61,425 nt of DNA. It comes from an uncultured virus (IMG/VR IMGVR_UViG_2049941000_000062). Its lineage: Duplodnaviria > Heunggongvirae > Uroviricota > Caudoviricetes. The notes under the pieces are model-generated. The model saw only the letters and a list, made by a program, of their open reading frames with translations. It did not search any database and had not been told where the DNA came from. Position numbers and translations under genes: made by a program. Location: IMG/VR virus record IMGVR_UViG_2049941000_000062; one strand, 5' to 3'. This document shows positions 19,899 through 31,623 of this stretch, piece after piece; the stretch's first letter is position 1, and each line of letters opens with the position of its first letter.

Positions 19899-20968
19899 CT
19901 AATTTTGATAATTACTAAACTCTTTTGGTACAAAAGTTCTAAACTTGAAACCACCCTCTGGGTTGTTTGCCTGGTTCTTAATATCCTCGATACTCATACA
20001 GGCATACTGGAAAGCGTCTGCACCGTGTGAGTTTTCATCGTGGCTAGGGTGCTGGCTCCATATACCGTTCTTGGCCGAGTAGTCGTAGTGATAACCGCCT
20101 AAACGTTGTAAACCTAGCTCACAGCCCTTCTGGTCGAAGTAGAACGTGCTAAACAGTCCACGGGCTAGGTCTATACCACGATAGCCCTTGTTTGGTGGCA
20201 ATACCTTAAACCTAAACTCTGGGTGTAGTTTCTCTAGGTCTTCGCGGAGTGTTGTAGCCTCTACTTGATCTAGGCTCGCTGCACGGTTAGAGCGTTGCTC
20301 GGCATCGTGTGGGAGATATATCTCGCCATAACGGTAGTTAAGGTCTTTAAGGTCTAAGAAGTAGCTTGATATAGTGCGGCCGAAGTCCTCGATATACTTG
20401 ATAAAGTGAACCGAACCCTCGATAACCTGATAAAGCCAGATAGCTGTGGAGTCTGAAACACCGAGGTCGAACGCTGCGTAGACTTCTTTGTCTGCTCGAT
20501 ACGGATAGTCCCCAACTCTGCTCTGGTTGCGAGCTTCAGAGAGTTGCCTTGTAAAGATACCACCTGCACGCTCGGTTAGAGGTTCGCCGAGCCAAACGTG
20601 GCGATACATTTCAGGGTCTAACACCTTGAAGCGTTCCCGTTCTTCTATAACCTCTTTTGGTAGATAGTCCTCAATATCGGTAGAGTTGATATGTTGAATA
20701 AACGTGCGGCCGTCATCAAACGGCTTAGAGTCCGGCAAGTTATTCTCGCCGATAAGTGGCTCTACAATACGTTTTCTGTATGGATCGTGAACGGATAAAC
20801 GGTTAGCCGATAAGATAATCATCGACTTTTCTTTACGAATGGTAGGGATAAGAACGTCTAACATTTCAGCAGAAACGGTCTGAGCCTCCTCGATCCATAC
20901 TATATCTACGTCTTCAAGACCTTTAATACGTTGAGCGTCAATAGCTCCCTTATTCTCGCTCGTTCTAA
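19899..20968 (-). CDS. terL: Terminase large subunit allele (C-terminal part)
   Basis: VWIEEAQ, FDLGVSD, SHGADAF. Confidence 0.9.
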
Positions 20969-21440
20969 NNNNNNNNNNGTAGTCTTCAATATCCGTAGAG
21001 TTGATATGCTGAATAAACGTGCGACCGTCATCAAACGGCTTAGAGTCTGGTAAGTTATTCTCGCCGATAAGTGGCTCTACAATACGCTTTCTGTATGGAT
21101 CGTGAACGGATAAACGGTTAGCCGATAAGATAATCATNNNNNNNNNNTTCCTCGCTAGCTGTTTGTTCTTCGTTGGTTGCCTCTACTGCTGGGCTGCCAC
21201 TATCTTCACTTTGCTCGGCTTCTTGTACATCGAAGTCTGAGGGATCGAATAGGTCTTCCCCAGTTCCAGTTTGTTCGTCCATAGAACTCTCCTTATTGTT
21301 AATATCTGCTTGCGGTATCTCTCNNNNNNNNNNNNNNNNNNNNNNNNNNNNNNNNNNNNNNNNNNNNNNNNNNNNNNNNNNNNNNNNNNNNNNNNNNNNN
21401 NNNNNNNNNNNNNNNNNNNNNNNNNNNNNNNNNNNNNNNN

Positions 21441-21567
21441 CACGGAAGGTCTTTTTTGCTCTTTTTGCAACTCCACTAGCTATACCACCTTTTCGGCCAT
21501 TTTCAACGGCTTTCTCACGGCTTTGGTCGCTTGTAAAGGGAGTCAGATTATTTACATTTCCTGCCAT
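21441..21567 (-). CDS. Terminase small subunit N-terminal fragment
   Basis: NLTPF...GRKGGIASG, homologous to 27112..27486. Confidence 0.6.
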
Positions 21568-21945
21568 TTTTTCCACCTTTCTTTAGTTTTATTATTTCGA
21601 CACCTTCTCCCATTAGTGCCTTTCTATGTATAAGTCTTCGTCCATATCTAGGTTGATAGTTGATTTGCTACATTTACCGAGAGTAACGCAGCTTGTCTTA
21701 TTTACTTGAACGATATACCTTTCTTCCCTATATGGGTCTTCTGGTTCGCCACAGCCTTCCAACACCGTTACGATAAGCGCATTTATTGGTTCAACCCCAC
21801 GNNNNNNNNNNTAAGGTATGCAGTTTGAGCAACATCTAGTCGCTCTGCCTGCATATCCTTCAAAATCTGTCTAAATAACTCACCTTGCTCAGACTCGAAG
21901 AAAAAGCTGTGCATTGCCTTTTTCTGCTCGTAAGTGATAGGTTCG

Positions 21946-23766
21946 TTAAGCTCCATAAGCCTCCTCTAAGCTAGGTTGTTCATCTACTGGTAATTGTTCT
22001 GGAATGGTAATATCTGTGCGCACTTCTTCTGCTACTGGCTCGATTGCTTGAGCTTGCTGACCTTCGGTAATTTCCTTAAGCTCCTCGTGGTTGATGTCAG
22101 GGAGTGCCTTAGGCAAGATATATTCCTTAATCTTTGCTAGGTTGTTTGTAGGGTCTGCAATAAGCATCTGGTATGCGCTCATATATGCTTCACGTTTCTC
22201 AGCGTCTTCGAGCTTCTTCATAACATCGAGCGTGACCATTGGAGTGTATTCACCTAAGAACTGCTCCATATTGACTTGGTCGAACTGGACACCTGATTCT
22301 GAGATGTTGCGGACATATAACTCATTGCCACCGTAAAGCTGCAAGAGTTTGAATACAATTTTTGCCTCTTGGAAGAAGAAGCCATTTGCAAGGTTTTGTG
22401 CAATATCTTCGATACGAAGGTCGCTCTGTCCGAGCATAGCCTTGATTTCGGTTGCGGTGGTGTTGTCTGTTGCAGTAACACCCTTAGAGATTTGAGAAAC
22501 TGAAGAAGCCTCACGAATCTCGTCCTTGATGTTCATACGCTCAGTAAAGAGAGCCGTAGGGATTGCTGGTGGTTCGTTCCAAGTGACCGCGCCTTGTGGT
22601 AATGGGTAAACCTTGCCTGGAGCTTGTCCGAGTTGGTCGATATAAGAAGCGTACTTAGGGTCAACGGTCTTCTCTGGATAAACAGCCATAAGTTGTGCTT
22701 CAACATAAATCTCTGTAATGGTGTTCAAAAGCTCTTGCTGGTCTGCGATAATATCGACATCACCTGTGCCATAAGGGAGCGAGATGTCTTTGTATTCACA
22801 ATCGTGTGCAAATGGAAGAAGTCCGGCAGATAATGGGTCAAACTCCTCTGTAAACTCGCCGATGTCCTCGCCAGTTTGTTCATATCTGTTGATACGCTCA
22901 AGTTCCCACTCTTTCTTGCGAATCTCGAACTTTGTCTTCTCCATTGCATAGTGTGGGTTCTCTTTTTCTTCGATGATAGCCTTACGGTTAGCGATAGTGA
23001 CTACTTCTTTGCGTGTCCAGATTTCGATGATTTCTACTGAGTCCTTATCCTTTGGCGCAATAGAGCCGATAACTTCCTCTTTCTTAGCCTTGTCTGACTC
23101 GTTGTCGTCGGTTTCAGTACCAACAGCATCAAGGTTCTTATAACGAGGAACATACTTGCCCTTCTCGAAGTCATAAGTCTTCTCATCCTTGAGGTCGTTG
23201 ATGTTAGCGAAGAATCTGCGTCCAACATAGTGCCAAGACTCTGGATCGCGTGCATTTGGGTCGATAATCATATCACGAACAGGAACAATCTCTTTGTGGA
23301 CATATCCACCTGCTTTGTCGTTCACCCAAGTGTAGTATGCACAGAAGTTGCCGGTGATAAGACCTTGACGGCCCATATCCTTATTCTTGCCTACCCAGTT
23401 GTCTTTGCGAGCGAAGTCTTGATAAACCTCATTAAGAATAGCTGTATCAGCTTCCTGACCATCATAATTTGGAATGTATCTAACTTCTGGCGCACGGTTA
23501 AAAAGAGCCGCAACTTTCGTATTCACCATAGAATTAGTCATAGGCACAAAAGCCTCGACCTGACCTGGGTGAGTACGCTTAGTCTTGCGGTTGTTGTAGA
23601 GTTTCCAGTTTCTTTCCCACCTTAAGTGGTAGTTTTCTTTAGCGTAATTCCAAGAGTTTTCAAAGTATTTAAGATATTTCTGAAGTTTTCCTCCAGATTG
23701 CGATTTCTTAGATGTAATATTTGCGTCTGCCAATGTTTTGCCAAACGCATCGCCAATTACTACCAT
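21946..23766 (-). CDS. Portal protein allele 2 (probable start TTG at 23733)
   Basis: Highly similar to 18064..19884. Confidence 0.85.
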   Translation of the reverse strand: MVVIGDAFGKTLADANITSKKSQSGGKLQKYLKYFENSWNYAKENYHLRWERNWKLYNNRKTKRTHPGQVEAFVPMTNSMVNTKVAALFNRAPEVRYIPNYDGQEADTAILNEVYQDFARKDNWVGKNKDMGRQGLITGNFCAYYTWVNDKAGGYVHKEIVPVRDMIIDPNARDPESWHYVGRRFFANINDLKDEKTYDFEKGKYVPRYKNLDAVGTETDDNESDKAKKEEVIGSIAPKDKDSVEIIEIWTRKEVVTIANRKAIIEEKENPHYAMEKTKFEIRKKEWELERINRYEQTGEDIGEFTEEFDPLSAGLLPFAHDCEYKDISLPYGTGDVDIIADQQELLNTITEIYVEAQLMAVYPEKTVDPKYASYIDQLGQAPGKVYPLPQGAVTWNEPPAIPTALFTERMNIKDEIREASSVSQISKGVTATDNTTATEIKAMLGQSDLRIEDIAQNLANGFFFQEAKIVFKLLQLYGGNELYVRNISESGVQFDQVNMEQFLGEYTPMVTLDVMKKLEDAEKREAYMSAYQMLIADPTNNLAKIKEYILPKALPDINHEELKEITEGQQAQAIEPVAEEVRTDITIPEQLPVDEQPSLEEAYGA

Positions 23767-23780
23767 TATAACACATTTCT

Positions 23781-25166
23781 TTAATTTTGGTAATTGCTAA
23801 ACTCTTTTGGTACAAAAGTCTTAAACTTGAAGCCTTGTGGCATAGAATCTGTGGCCTGCGCTCTAATATCTGCAAGTGACATAATTGCATACTGGAAAGC
23901 ATCTGCACCGTGTGAGCTTTCGTCGTGCTTTGGTTTCTGACTCCATATCTTGTTCTTTACTGAATACTCGTAGTGGTAGCCACTAAGACGTTGCAAGCCG
24001 AGTTCGCAACCCTTAGCATCGAACTTAAATGTAGTGAACTCGCCACGAGCGATGTCGATAGCCTTGTAGCCTTTGTTTGGCGGTAGCACCCTAAACCTAA
24101 ACTCTGGATACATTCTCTCTAGGTCTTCCTTGAGCGTGGTTGCCTCGATTTGGTCTGGGCTTGTAGCACGGTTCGAGCGTTGTTCTGCATCGTGTGGCAG
24201 ATAGATTTCGCCATAACGATAGCCTAGGTCTTTCAAGTCCATAAAGTAGCTTGAGATAGTACGGCCGAAGTCCTCAATATACTTGATGAAGTGGACTGAG
24301 CCTTCGATAATCTGATAAAGCCAAACTGCTGTGGAGTCTGACACACCTAAGTCGAACGCTGCATAGACGACCTTGTCTGAGCGGTATGGATAGTCGCCAA
24401 TTCTGGACTGATTGCGAGCTTCCGAGAGTTGTCTTGAGAAGATACCGCCTGTTTGTTCTGATAATGGTTCACCGAGCCAAACGTGGCGGAACATCTCAGG
24501 GTCTAGCACCTTAAAGCGTTCACGTTCTTCGATAACCTCTTTTGGCAAGTATTCTTCAATATCGGTTGAGTTGATATGTTGGATAAAGGTTCTACCATCG
24601 TCAAACGGTTTAGAATCTGGCAAGTTATCCTCGCCGATAAGTGGCTCGACAATTCTCTTTCTGTATGGATCGTGTACAGATAAACGGTTAGCCGATAAGA
24701 TAATCATCGACTTCTCTTTCCTAATAGTAGGGATAAGAACGTCTAGCATCTCAGCCGATACGGTCTGGGCCTCCTCGATCCAGACAATATCCACGTCTTC
24801 AAGACCTTTGATACGTTGAGCGTCAATAGCACCTTTGTTCTCGCTCGTTCTAAGACCCTTGAAGAAGATTTCAGAGCCATTAGCGAACTTGAGCTTCTTA
24901 TCTTGAATAGTCCAGCCTGGAAGTTCTTTTTCCTTAATGATAGACACTAGCGCCTGCTTGACCGATTCTGTGGTGGTGTTCTCGTATTCACGAGCAGGAC
25001 AGATACGAAGAACGTCTTGCATAGCCACTAAAATAAGCGCCTGTGCGATGTTCTTAGTCTTGCCACCTGCACGACCAGACTCCTCGACAATATAGCGCCT
25101 ATCCCTAGCGATGATATGTTTTACTGCTTCTTCATAAGCCTCAGGGAAGTTTACCTCTACTTCCAT
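23781..25166 (-). CDS. terL: Terminase large subunit (PBSX-like)
   Basis: GRAGGKT, WIEEAQ, nuclease DLG and DAF motifs. Confidence 0.92.
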   Translation of the reverse strand: MEVEVNFPEAYEEAVKHIIARDRRYIVEESGRAGGKTKNIAQALILVAMQDVLRICPAREYENTTTESVKQALVSIIKEKELPGWTIQDKKLKFANGSEIFFKGLRTSENKGAIDAQRIKGLEDVDIVWIEEAQTVSAEMLDVLIPTIRKEKSMIILSANRLSVHDPYRKRIVEPLIGEDNLPDSKPFDDGRTFIQHINSTDIEEYLPKEVIEERERFKVLDPEMFRHVWLGEPLSEQTGGIFSRQLSEARNQSRIGDYPYRSDKVVYAAFDLGVSDSTAVWLYQIIEGSVHFIKYIEDFGRTISSYFMDLKDLGYRYGEIYLPHDAEQRSNRATSPDQIEATTLKEDLERMYPEFRFRVLPPNKGYKAIDIARGEFTTFKFDAKGCELGLQRLSGYHYEYSVKNKIWSQKPKHDESSHGADAFQYAIMSLADIRAQATDSMPQGFKFKTFVPKEFSNYQN

Positions 25167-25831
25167 TATTTCTCCTCTCTGTTAGCCTGAACCTCGCCTC
25201 GGCTAAACCTATTTGTTAAGTTGTTAGGGTTATTAGAGTTGTAAATAATCGTTTTTCTATCGTCTGCGTAGCATATCTTGAGATTTGGTCTATCTTTGAA
25301 AGCGTCTTCAAGCCAGAAGTAGTCTGAAGCGATAATGCGCTTAATATCGAAGTCGTAGTGCTTAAACTCTGCTGTCTTATAGATCCAAGACCAAACGTTC
25401 CAGTTTACGAGTGGCCTATCGTGCCAGTCGCACTCAACGCCAGTATCTTTGTATATCCATTTATAAGCAACTGCATCCCAGTCGTAATTAGCACCTTCTA
25501 GCACGTTTGCTAAGTATTCTGGAGTAATATCGTCATCGCAGTCAACATAGGTAAAATAAAGCCCTTTTGAGAGGTTTTTGCCGGCATTTCGAGCAGCAGC
25601 TTCACCAGCGTTCTTTTGGTAGTGATACTCAAAACCGAACTCATCACATAGGCCCTTAATAGGTTTGAGCCACTCCTGTTCTTCCGTTGATCCGTCGTTG
25701 ACTACTATAACTTGAACTAGGTCTTTGGCGTTGTTCTTCTCAATTTGCTCTTGTAGCTTGAATAATAGCCTTGTACACATTTCAAGCCTGTTATAGAGCG
25801 TGATAATGATAGATAATCTACAATTCTCCAT
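25166..25831 (-). CDS. GT2 glycosyltransferase
   Basis: NDGS, YVDCDD; homolog of 5720..6370. Confidence 0.85.
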   Translation of the reverse strand: MENCRLSIIITLYNRLEMCTRLLFKLQEQIEKNNAKDLVQVIVVNDGSTEEQEWLKPIKGLCDEFGFEYHYQKNAGEAAARNAGKNLSKGLYFTYVDCDDDITPEYLANVLEGANYDWDAVAYKWIYKDTGVECDWHDRPLVNWNVWSWIYKTAEFKHYDFDIKRIIASDYFWLEDAFKDRPNLKICYADDRKTIIYNSNNPNNLTNRFSRGEVQANREEK

Positions 25832-26933
25832 TTAGCACCTTCTCCCAGATAGGGTTTATTTTTTCTTCATAGCCTTTAACCTTTGGAACTTGGTTGAATA
25901 TCTTGTCCACGTCTAGGTTCTTAAGGCCGAAGTCTAAAAGATAGCCATTTTCACCGTCCTTGATAATCTTCGTAGCTTCGGTGAACTTTGTAGCGATAAC
26001 AGGTACTTTCTGTTGTAATGCCTCACGGATCGAGTAGCAATAAGCCTCTGTATCACTACATTGGACTAGGTAATCAGAGAACTTCAAAAGCTCTCTAGTG
26101 TAGAGCTGAGGTTGAACGTTGATAAACTCAGGAATGCCTTTGATAGCCTCGATATAGCGCCTATTTGCTTCACTATCTGCACCATTTAATGTAGAGCATA
26201 AGAGCCAGATAAACTTATAGCCTTTTCGCTTGAACTCTCGTGCCATTTGGATAACTCGACCAATACCTTTTTCTTCACTAGCTCTAGTTAGACTAATAAN
26301 NNNNNNNNNNNNNNNNNNNNNNNNNNNNNNNNNNNNNATAGGACGCTCTGTGTCAGCTTTTGCGAGGATATTTGGCACAACTACTGAATCATAACCGAAA
26401 CCCTCTTTTAAGCCTTTCTGTGCAGTTTTAGAGGCACTAAATATAGCATCCGTGCGAGGGTTGATTTTGAGTTCAAAATTGCGCCAAGAATTATCGTGTG
26501 GCAAGTTGACTTCTTTCAGAGCCTTAAAATCGCTATGGATCGCTTGATATATTTTTTTGGCCTCGGTTCGCGGAATCAAAATATCGCTACCATCATAGTT
26601 AGCGTTGATAAATACGTCGCAAGAATAGTGCCTATTAGAATCGTCTAGTATTACATCTGCATACTTGCTAAGTTCCACCATTTGGGTTTTGTCTGCCTGA
26701 GAGAATACAAAAGTGATGTTTCTATCTTCAAACGTCCTTGCGAGGTTCATATCCCAAGTTTCAANNNNNNNNNNTTTCTTCTTGCCACGATAGTCTATAC
26801 GTACTGGCTCGACCTTGATGCCATTACAGAGCATCTCGTTATATCTATCAAAAGAGCAAGCGAAAATATCGCCTGCCTTACGCATACCATTCGTCTTTAT
26901 GTCTAGGAAGTCCATCTGTGCTTTTACTTCCAT
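25818..26933 (-). CDS. GT4-like glycosyltransferase
   Basis: EAYCYSIRE...PVIAT; homolog of 3941..5002; two gaps. Confidence 0.85.
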   Translation of the reverse strand: MEVKAQMDFLDIKTNGMRKAGDIFACSFDRYNEMLCNGIKVEPVRIDYRGKKKXXXXETWDMNLARTFEDRNITFVFSQADKTQMVELSKYADVILDDSNRHYSCDVFINANYDGSDILIPRTEAKKIYQAIHSDFKALKEVNLPHDNSWRNFELKINPRTDAIFSASKTAQKGLKEGFGYDSVVVPNILAKADTERPXXXXXXXXXXXXXXISLTRASEEKGIGRVIQMAREFKRKGYKFIWLLCSTLNGADSEANRRYIEAIKGIPEFINVQPQLYTRELLKFSDYLVQCSDTEAYCYSIREALQQKVPVIATKFTEATKIIKDGENGYLLDFGLKNLDVDKIFNQVPKVKGYEEKINPIWEKVLNGEL

Positions 26934-27112
26934 TTGTTTAACCTCCTTAGTTCTTTTTCTCTCTTGCGATTATGGCCTGTTAAGTGCCAACTATTGCAGA
27001 ACTTACACTTGTACACGTCCATTTCTACACAATGCTCTCGCACCTTCTTTTGGTTCTCTCTGTTCGCCGCCCAGAATGTAGGATATTCTTTCTTGCCAGA
27101 GACACAGGTCAT
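26924..27112 (-). CDS. Small Cys/His protein
   Basis: Copy of 8649..8840. Confidence 0.75.
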   Translation of the reverse strand: MTCVSGKKEYPTFWAANRENQKKVREHCVEMDVYKCKFCNSWHLTGHNRKREKELRRLNKWK

Positions 27113-27486
27113 TATTTATCCTTCCCAAAGTTGATAGTTACTGATTCTATACTTACACCAGCGAACGGGTTGTCTGAGCCAAGCTCCCCCCTGAGCTTAG
27201 CCAGTAGCTCAATAGCTCTTGTGTCACCACTAGCAGCCTTAATACTAAGCCTAAACATAGCTTCTGTATCACGAATCATATCTTCGTCTTTGATACCAGC
27301 CTCTCTCATAATTTTCCTGTTGTTTTCGGAGTTTACTCGTAAGCTACCAATCATTTCCCCCAGCTCTCGAAGTGTTTTCTTTTGTCTGCGAGCCTCACCT
27401 GAAGCAATACCGCCTTGCCGAGCAATCGCTCTTTGTTCGGTCTTTGTTCGGGTATTCAGAGGCCTAAGATTCTGTTCGTTTGCCAT
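27112..27486 (-). CDS. Putative terminase small subunit
   Basis: MANEQNLRP...GGIASG; SD AAGGAGG; upstream of TerL. Confidence 0.65.
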   Translation of the reverse strand: MANEQNLRPLNTRTKTEQRAIARQGGIASGEARRQKKTLRELGEMIGSLRVNSENNRKIMREAGIKDEDMIRDTEAMFRLSIKAASGDTRAIELLAKLRGELGSDNPFAGVSIESVTINFGKDK

Positions 27487-27553
27487 ATCCACCTCCTTCT
27501 CTGAGTTAGAACAGTCCCCACTCTGCAAGTTTTTCAAAGCCACNNNNNNNNNN

Positions 27554-28344
27554 TACTCTCTAGCTTTCTTAACGATTTCGCTATACAAGTAGTGAACCGT
27601 ATTGTACGAGCCAATACCAAATGCGACACTAGTATCGCCTATGGCGCATCGTGCTGTAACTTCTGTGTGATGTTCCTGTGCCAACATATAACATACGATA
27701 TTTACAGCTACATCTGCCTTGCTAAGGTCTTTACCGTGCAAACCACCTCCAGTAACAGCTCTGCCCATATCTGAACCGAGCTTTCTGTTGGTAGCGCCTG
27801 TGTCAACATCTGTGCCACCAGACCAGTCGCCAAGTGGGTTGACAATAACTGTTCGAGTGGTTTCTCTACCCAACCCTCTAATAAAGCTCTCGACTTCCTC
27901 TGCCTTTGCATTACTCTGGCAAGCGATAAATGTTCTGTCCTTTGCATCGAAGATGAACTTGCCATCGGTTAGATATTTCCCGTAAAGAGCGCGCACAATA
28001 AGACTAAGTTCCATCTCCTCTCCGTTGGTAGGAATGCCCTTGGAAATACCGTTGTCGCCACACTTAAGCCGCTCTGACTGGTTATCCGCTAAATGCACGT
28101 CCTGTGGCACTTCCGTATAACATAGCTTTATCTTCTCACCAGCGATACGACTTACGATGGCACGAACTGCTTTCTTGGCAATTCTTACACTTGTCTCACA
28201 AATAATCGTACACTTGCCGTGTCCAATAAGAACCTCAACGGCAATCTTTGGGTCTTCTTGAAGTCTATATGCTTCGTCTACAATAGCACCGGCAATGCGG
28301 TCTGCTACCTTATCTGGGTGGTTTGGGTTTACTTTTTCGATCAT
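27554..28344 (-). CDS. metK: S-adenosylmethionine synthetase (phage MetK-like, compact)
   Basis: HPDKVADRI, GDNG, DTGATNRKL, GGGLHGKDLSKAD. Confidence 0.88.
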
Positions 28345-29608
28345 TAGTTGTTCTCCTTTACTGCTTTTGTTCCTTCTTGCCAGCCTTCCTCGCTGCCAGT
28401 CTTTAGCTTCCAGTAACGTTTTCTAATTACATCTACATACTTTGGGTCAATCTCGCAGCCGAAACACCTGCGTCCAGTCTGTTCGCAAGCGATAAGGGTT
28501 GAACCTGAGCCGCTGAATGGGTCGAATACGACGTCACCAGGTCTAGACATAGCTAAGACACCCTTTGCGCATAAACCGATAGGCTTCATAGTTGGGTGGT
28601 CTTTTGAGCTAAGTGGTTTGTCGAAGAACCATACATTCGAGAGCTTACGGCTGTCTGTAAACTGCCCTTTCTTTCCACGTGCGTAGCAAGCGTACTGTGA
28701 ATCGTCTGTGTCGTCTTTCATCTCATCTCTAGTGAACTTGCCTTCGCCGATACCATAGATCGCAAGCTCCTTTGCCGATTGGAAGTCATTCCCACCTAAG
28801 GTAAAGTGGTCTTTCACCCAGCAGATAACTGTCTTGAAGTTCATACCTGCGTTATCCATAGCGTTCTTCAATGTTAAGATTTCAACATCGCTCATCCAGC
28901 TAATGCACCCCCCCCGTCTACCATATTCGCTGCCACCACTTCAAATGCACGGTTCAAGAAGTCTTGGAAGTCTGCGTGAGCCATATTGTCGTTCTGGATA
29001 GTCTTGCCAGTCGTGCGGTTCTTAACTGCTACGTTGTATGGTGGGTCTGTGAATGTACACACAGCCTTCTTATCCCCAAATAGCTCACGAACACCAGTAT
29101 CGTCCTCAAACGAACCACAGAAGATACGATGGTCGCCGAGCTGGTAAATATCGCCTACGATAGAATAAGTGTTCTCGTCGTCTACTGGAGCTGGCTCGTC
29201 CTCGATAATTTCTTTGTATGGTTTGAAGTCGTCTACACCCCACTTATGAAGCTCATCATCATCAAACTCAGAGCGCAAGTTGTCTTCGTCCCATTCCAAG
29301 TCGGCCTTTGCTGTTGCGTTGTCAGCCAAAGCCATCTCACGGCCCTTGTGTGAGTTAAGGCTGATGTCTGTGCGCTTTACTGCGATAATTTCATCTCCAG
29401 TAGCTTCTACGATCTTGACGTTCTCCATACCGATAGCGCCAGCAGCCTCTACAATACCATTACCAGCGATAATGTTGTTATCTTTATCGAGAAGGATAGA
29501 GCGTCCAGCGCCATTCTCTCTCAAGCTCTTTTCGAGCAAGCTCATACCGAACTCGGTGTGTTTGTTGAAGTTCTTATCATCGAACTTCAGATCTTTAATT
29601 GTTGCCAT
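28344..29608 (-). CDS. N6/N4 DNA methyltransferase with ParB-like N-terminus, split by a frameshift at a G8 tract
   Basis: TDPPY in the upstream ORF; HPTMKP and DPFSGSG in the downstream ORF; G8 at 28908..28915. Confidence 0.85.
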
Positions 29609-29800
29609 TTATGCTCCTTTCAATTATTTTTTGATATTCCTTATGAAGTAGTCCTTGTACCCATTCAAAGTCGTGATAATGCTTCTTTAAGTCGTGCGGT
29701 GTGATACCCTCAGCCATAAGCATACGCGCGAAGTCTAAGTATCTCATCTCGTATCCGTAGGCTGTATCACTTGCTAGTGGCGGACTGCTGACATATATTC

Positions 29801-30019
29801 TCATTCTTCACTCCTATATAATTCCTCATCTAAATCAAGGTTTATAACGCTATAATCACACTTCCCTAAAACAACAGCACTCTTTTCTCCCATTTGGACA
29901 ATATATGTTTCTTCTCTGTATGGGTCATCTTCTTCACCACACCCCTCCAATACTGTTATTAGAACTGCTTTAATAGGTCGGCAACCTCTAAACTTTTTAA
30001 TACCTATTTCGCTTTTCAT
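29801..30019 (-). CDS. Conserved hypothetical protein
   Basis: Homologous fragments at 8401..8480 and 21624..21801. Confidence 0.65.
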   Translation of the reverse strand: MKSEIGIKKFRGCRPIKAVLITVLEGCGEEDDPYREETYIVQMGEKSAVVLGKCDYSVINLDLDEELYRSEE

Positions 30020-30847
30020 TTCGTTTCCTCCAGTTCTCTCTTTCTCGTTTCATCTCTCTTACTTCTTCAGCGGCAGCNNNNNNNNNNNNNNNNNNNNNNN
30101 NNNNNNNNNNNNNNNNNNNNNNNNNNNNNNNNNNNNNNNNNNNNNNNNNNNNNNNNNNNNNNNNNNNNNNNNNNNNNNNNNNNNNNNNNNNNNNNNNNNN
30201 NNNNNNNNNNNNNNNNNNNNNNNNNNNNNNNNNNNNNNNNNNNNNNNNNNNNNNNNNNNNNNNNNNNNNNNNNNNNNNNNNNNNNNNNNNNNNNNNNNNN
30301 NNNNNNNNNAGCCAGGTGCGACATCAGATAACATCACCCAAAATGCTAGAATCACACTAGAAGCGAATGATAATGTGCCAATAATTCCACTCACAATTTC
30401 CCTCATTTCTTGCCTCCCTTTTTGAAAATCGGGCATTGCTCCTTATATTCCTTTTGATATTGCTCCCACCACAAATCTAGGAGCTTCCCCCTCATAGCGT
30501 CATATGGTTCGTTATATGGGTCGTCTTCAACCTTTTTATCAAAATACTCAAACTTTTCCCATATCTGTTCAGACAGACTTGGTAAAATTATTGGTTGAGT
30601 ATTTTCTTCTGGATAAGTTCCCATCATTTCTCCCCATCCTCTCTGATAGCTATACTTTTCTCCATAGCTTCGGCAAGTCTTTTTGTCCTACTAGCTAGAG
30701 GCTTCAACATATCTGCTGGTATATCTTCAAAAGATGATACCAAATCTTCGTCTGTTATTTTGTCTAGCTCTATAAGGTCATTCATTAGTCCCATTTTTTC
30801 TCCTTTCATTGCGCATTGGTGATGCGTTTTCCTTTACTCGTTATTTC

Positions 30848-31195
30848 CTAAATAATCATCAATAATCTGTTTAGCTTCCTCGAACCNNNNNNNNNNGAGT
30901 TGCCTTCAGCCTTAAGCTCTAAATAAAGACCAGCGAAGTGGTATAAATGCCAACCGTTGTCTGACCTGCCCAGCTCTACACCACCACATTTCTTGTCGGT
31001 TGCTACTTGTCTTGGCTCTGCGATGAATAGGTCAGGATAACCCCTGCGAGGATGCAACCTTTTGTGTTTCGCAGCTTGACCCATAGTGAGCTTGAGGTCT
31101 GCTGCAATATCGAAGCGATAGATTACGCTAGGATATTGCAGTTGTAAATATCGTGCGATTTTCCCGTAGAGTTGATGTTCACGATCTACCCTCAT
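30848..31195 (-). CDS. VRR-NUC family nuclease
   Basis: GYPDLFIAEP...YLELK. Confidence 0.75.
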   Translation of the reverse strand: MRVDREHQLYGKIARYLQLQYPSVIYRFDIAADLKLTMGQAAKHKRLHPRRGYPDLFIAEPRQVATDKKCGGVELGRSDNGWHLYHFAGLYLELKAEGNXXXXGSRKLNRLLMII

Positions 31196-31623
31196 CTAGC
31201 CTCCTTATTCTTTATTGAAGCGAACATAGCCCACTTTTCGTTGAACTCTTTGATTACACCTTTGATGTCTAGCTTGTCGCTCTTGATGTGCGAGTGGTTA
31301 GACTTACCCATAAGGTAATCATTCAAGGCTCTGAGTTGTTGCTTATTGAACATCTAACAACTCCTCTTTGTCGAAATCTCTCAATTTGTTTGTATAGTTG
31401 TCCTCTATAAGACTGCTGAACTCGTCATTAGTTAGACCGAAAATTTCTAAATAATCCCAATATGGACAATATTCGGCTACAATATCTTCTTCATTGTCGT
31501 CTGAACTTTCATCGACATATACTACCTCCATATAATCCCCAGCAATATTTCTACAATCAAATGCTTGGATGCCTGGGTGATTATTTTGTAGAAATGTTTT
31601 TAGTTTTCTTATACGTTCTTCTC

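Noticed and set aside
27112..28344. MetK-TerS fusion ORF
   Set aside because: Joined across an N gap; TerS has its own SD and ATG at 27486
30817..30826. TGGTGATGCG on plus strand resembling the anti-leader
   Set aside because: Mismatched, no surrounding structure or second allele seen; probably chance
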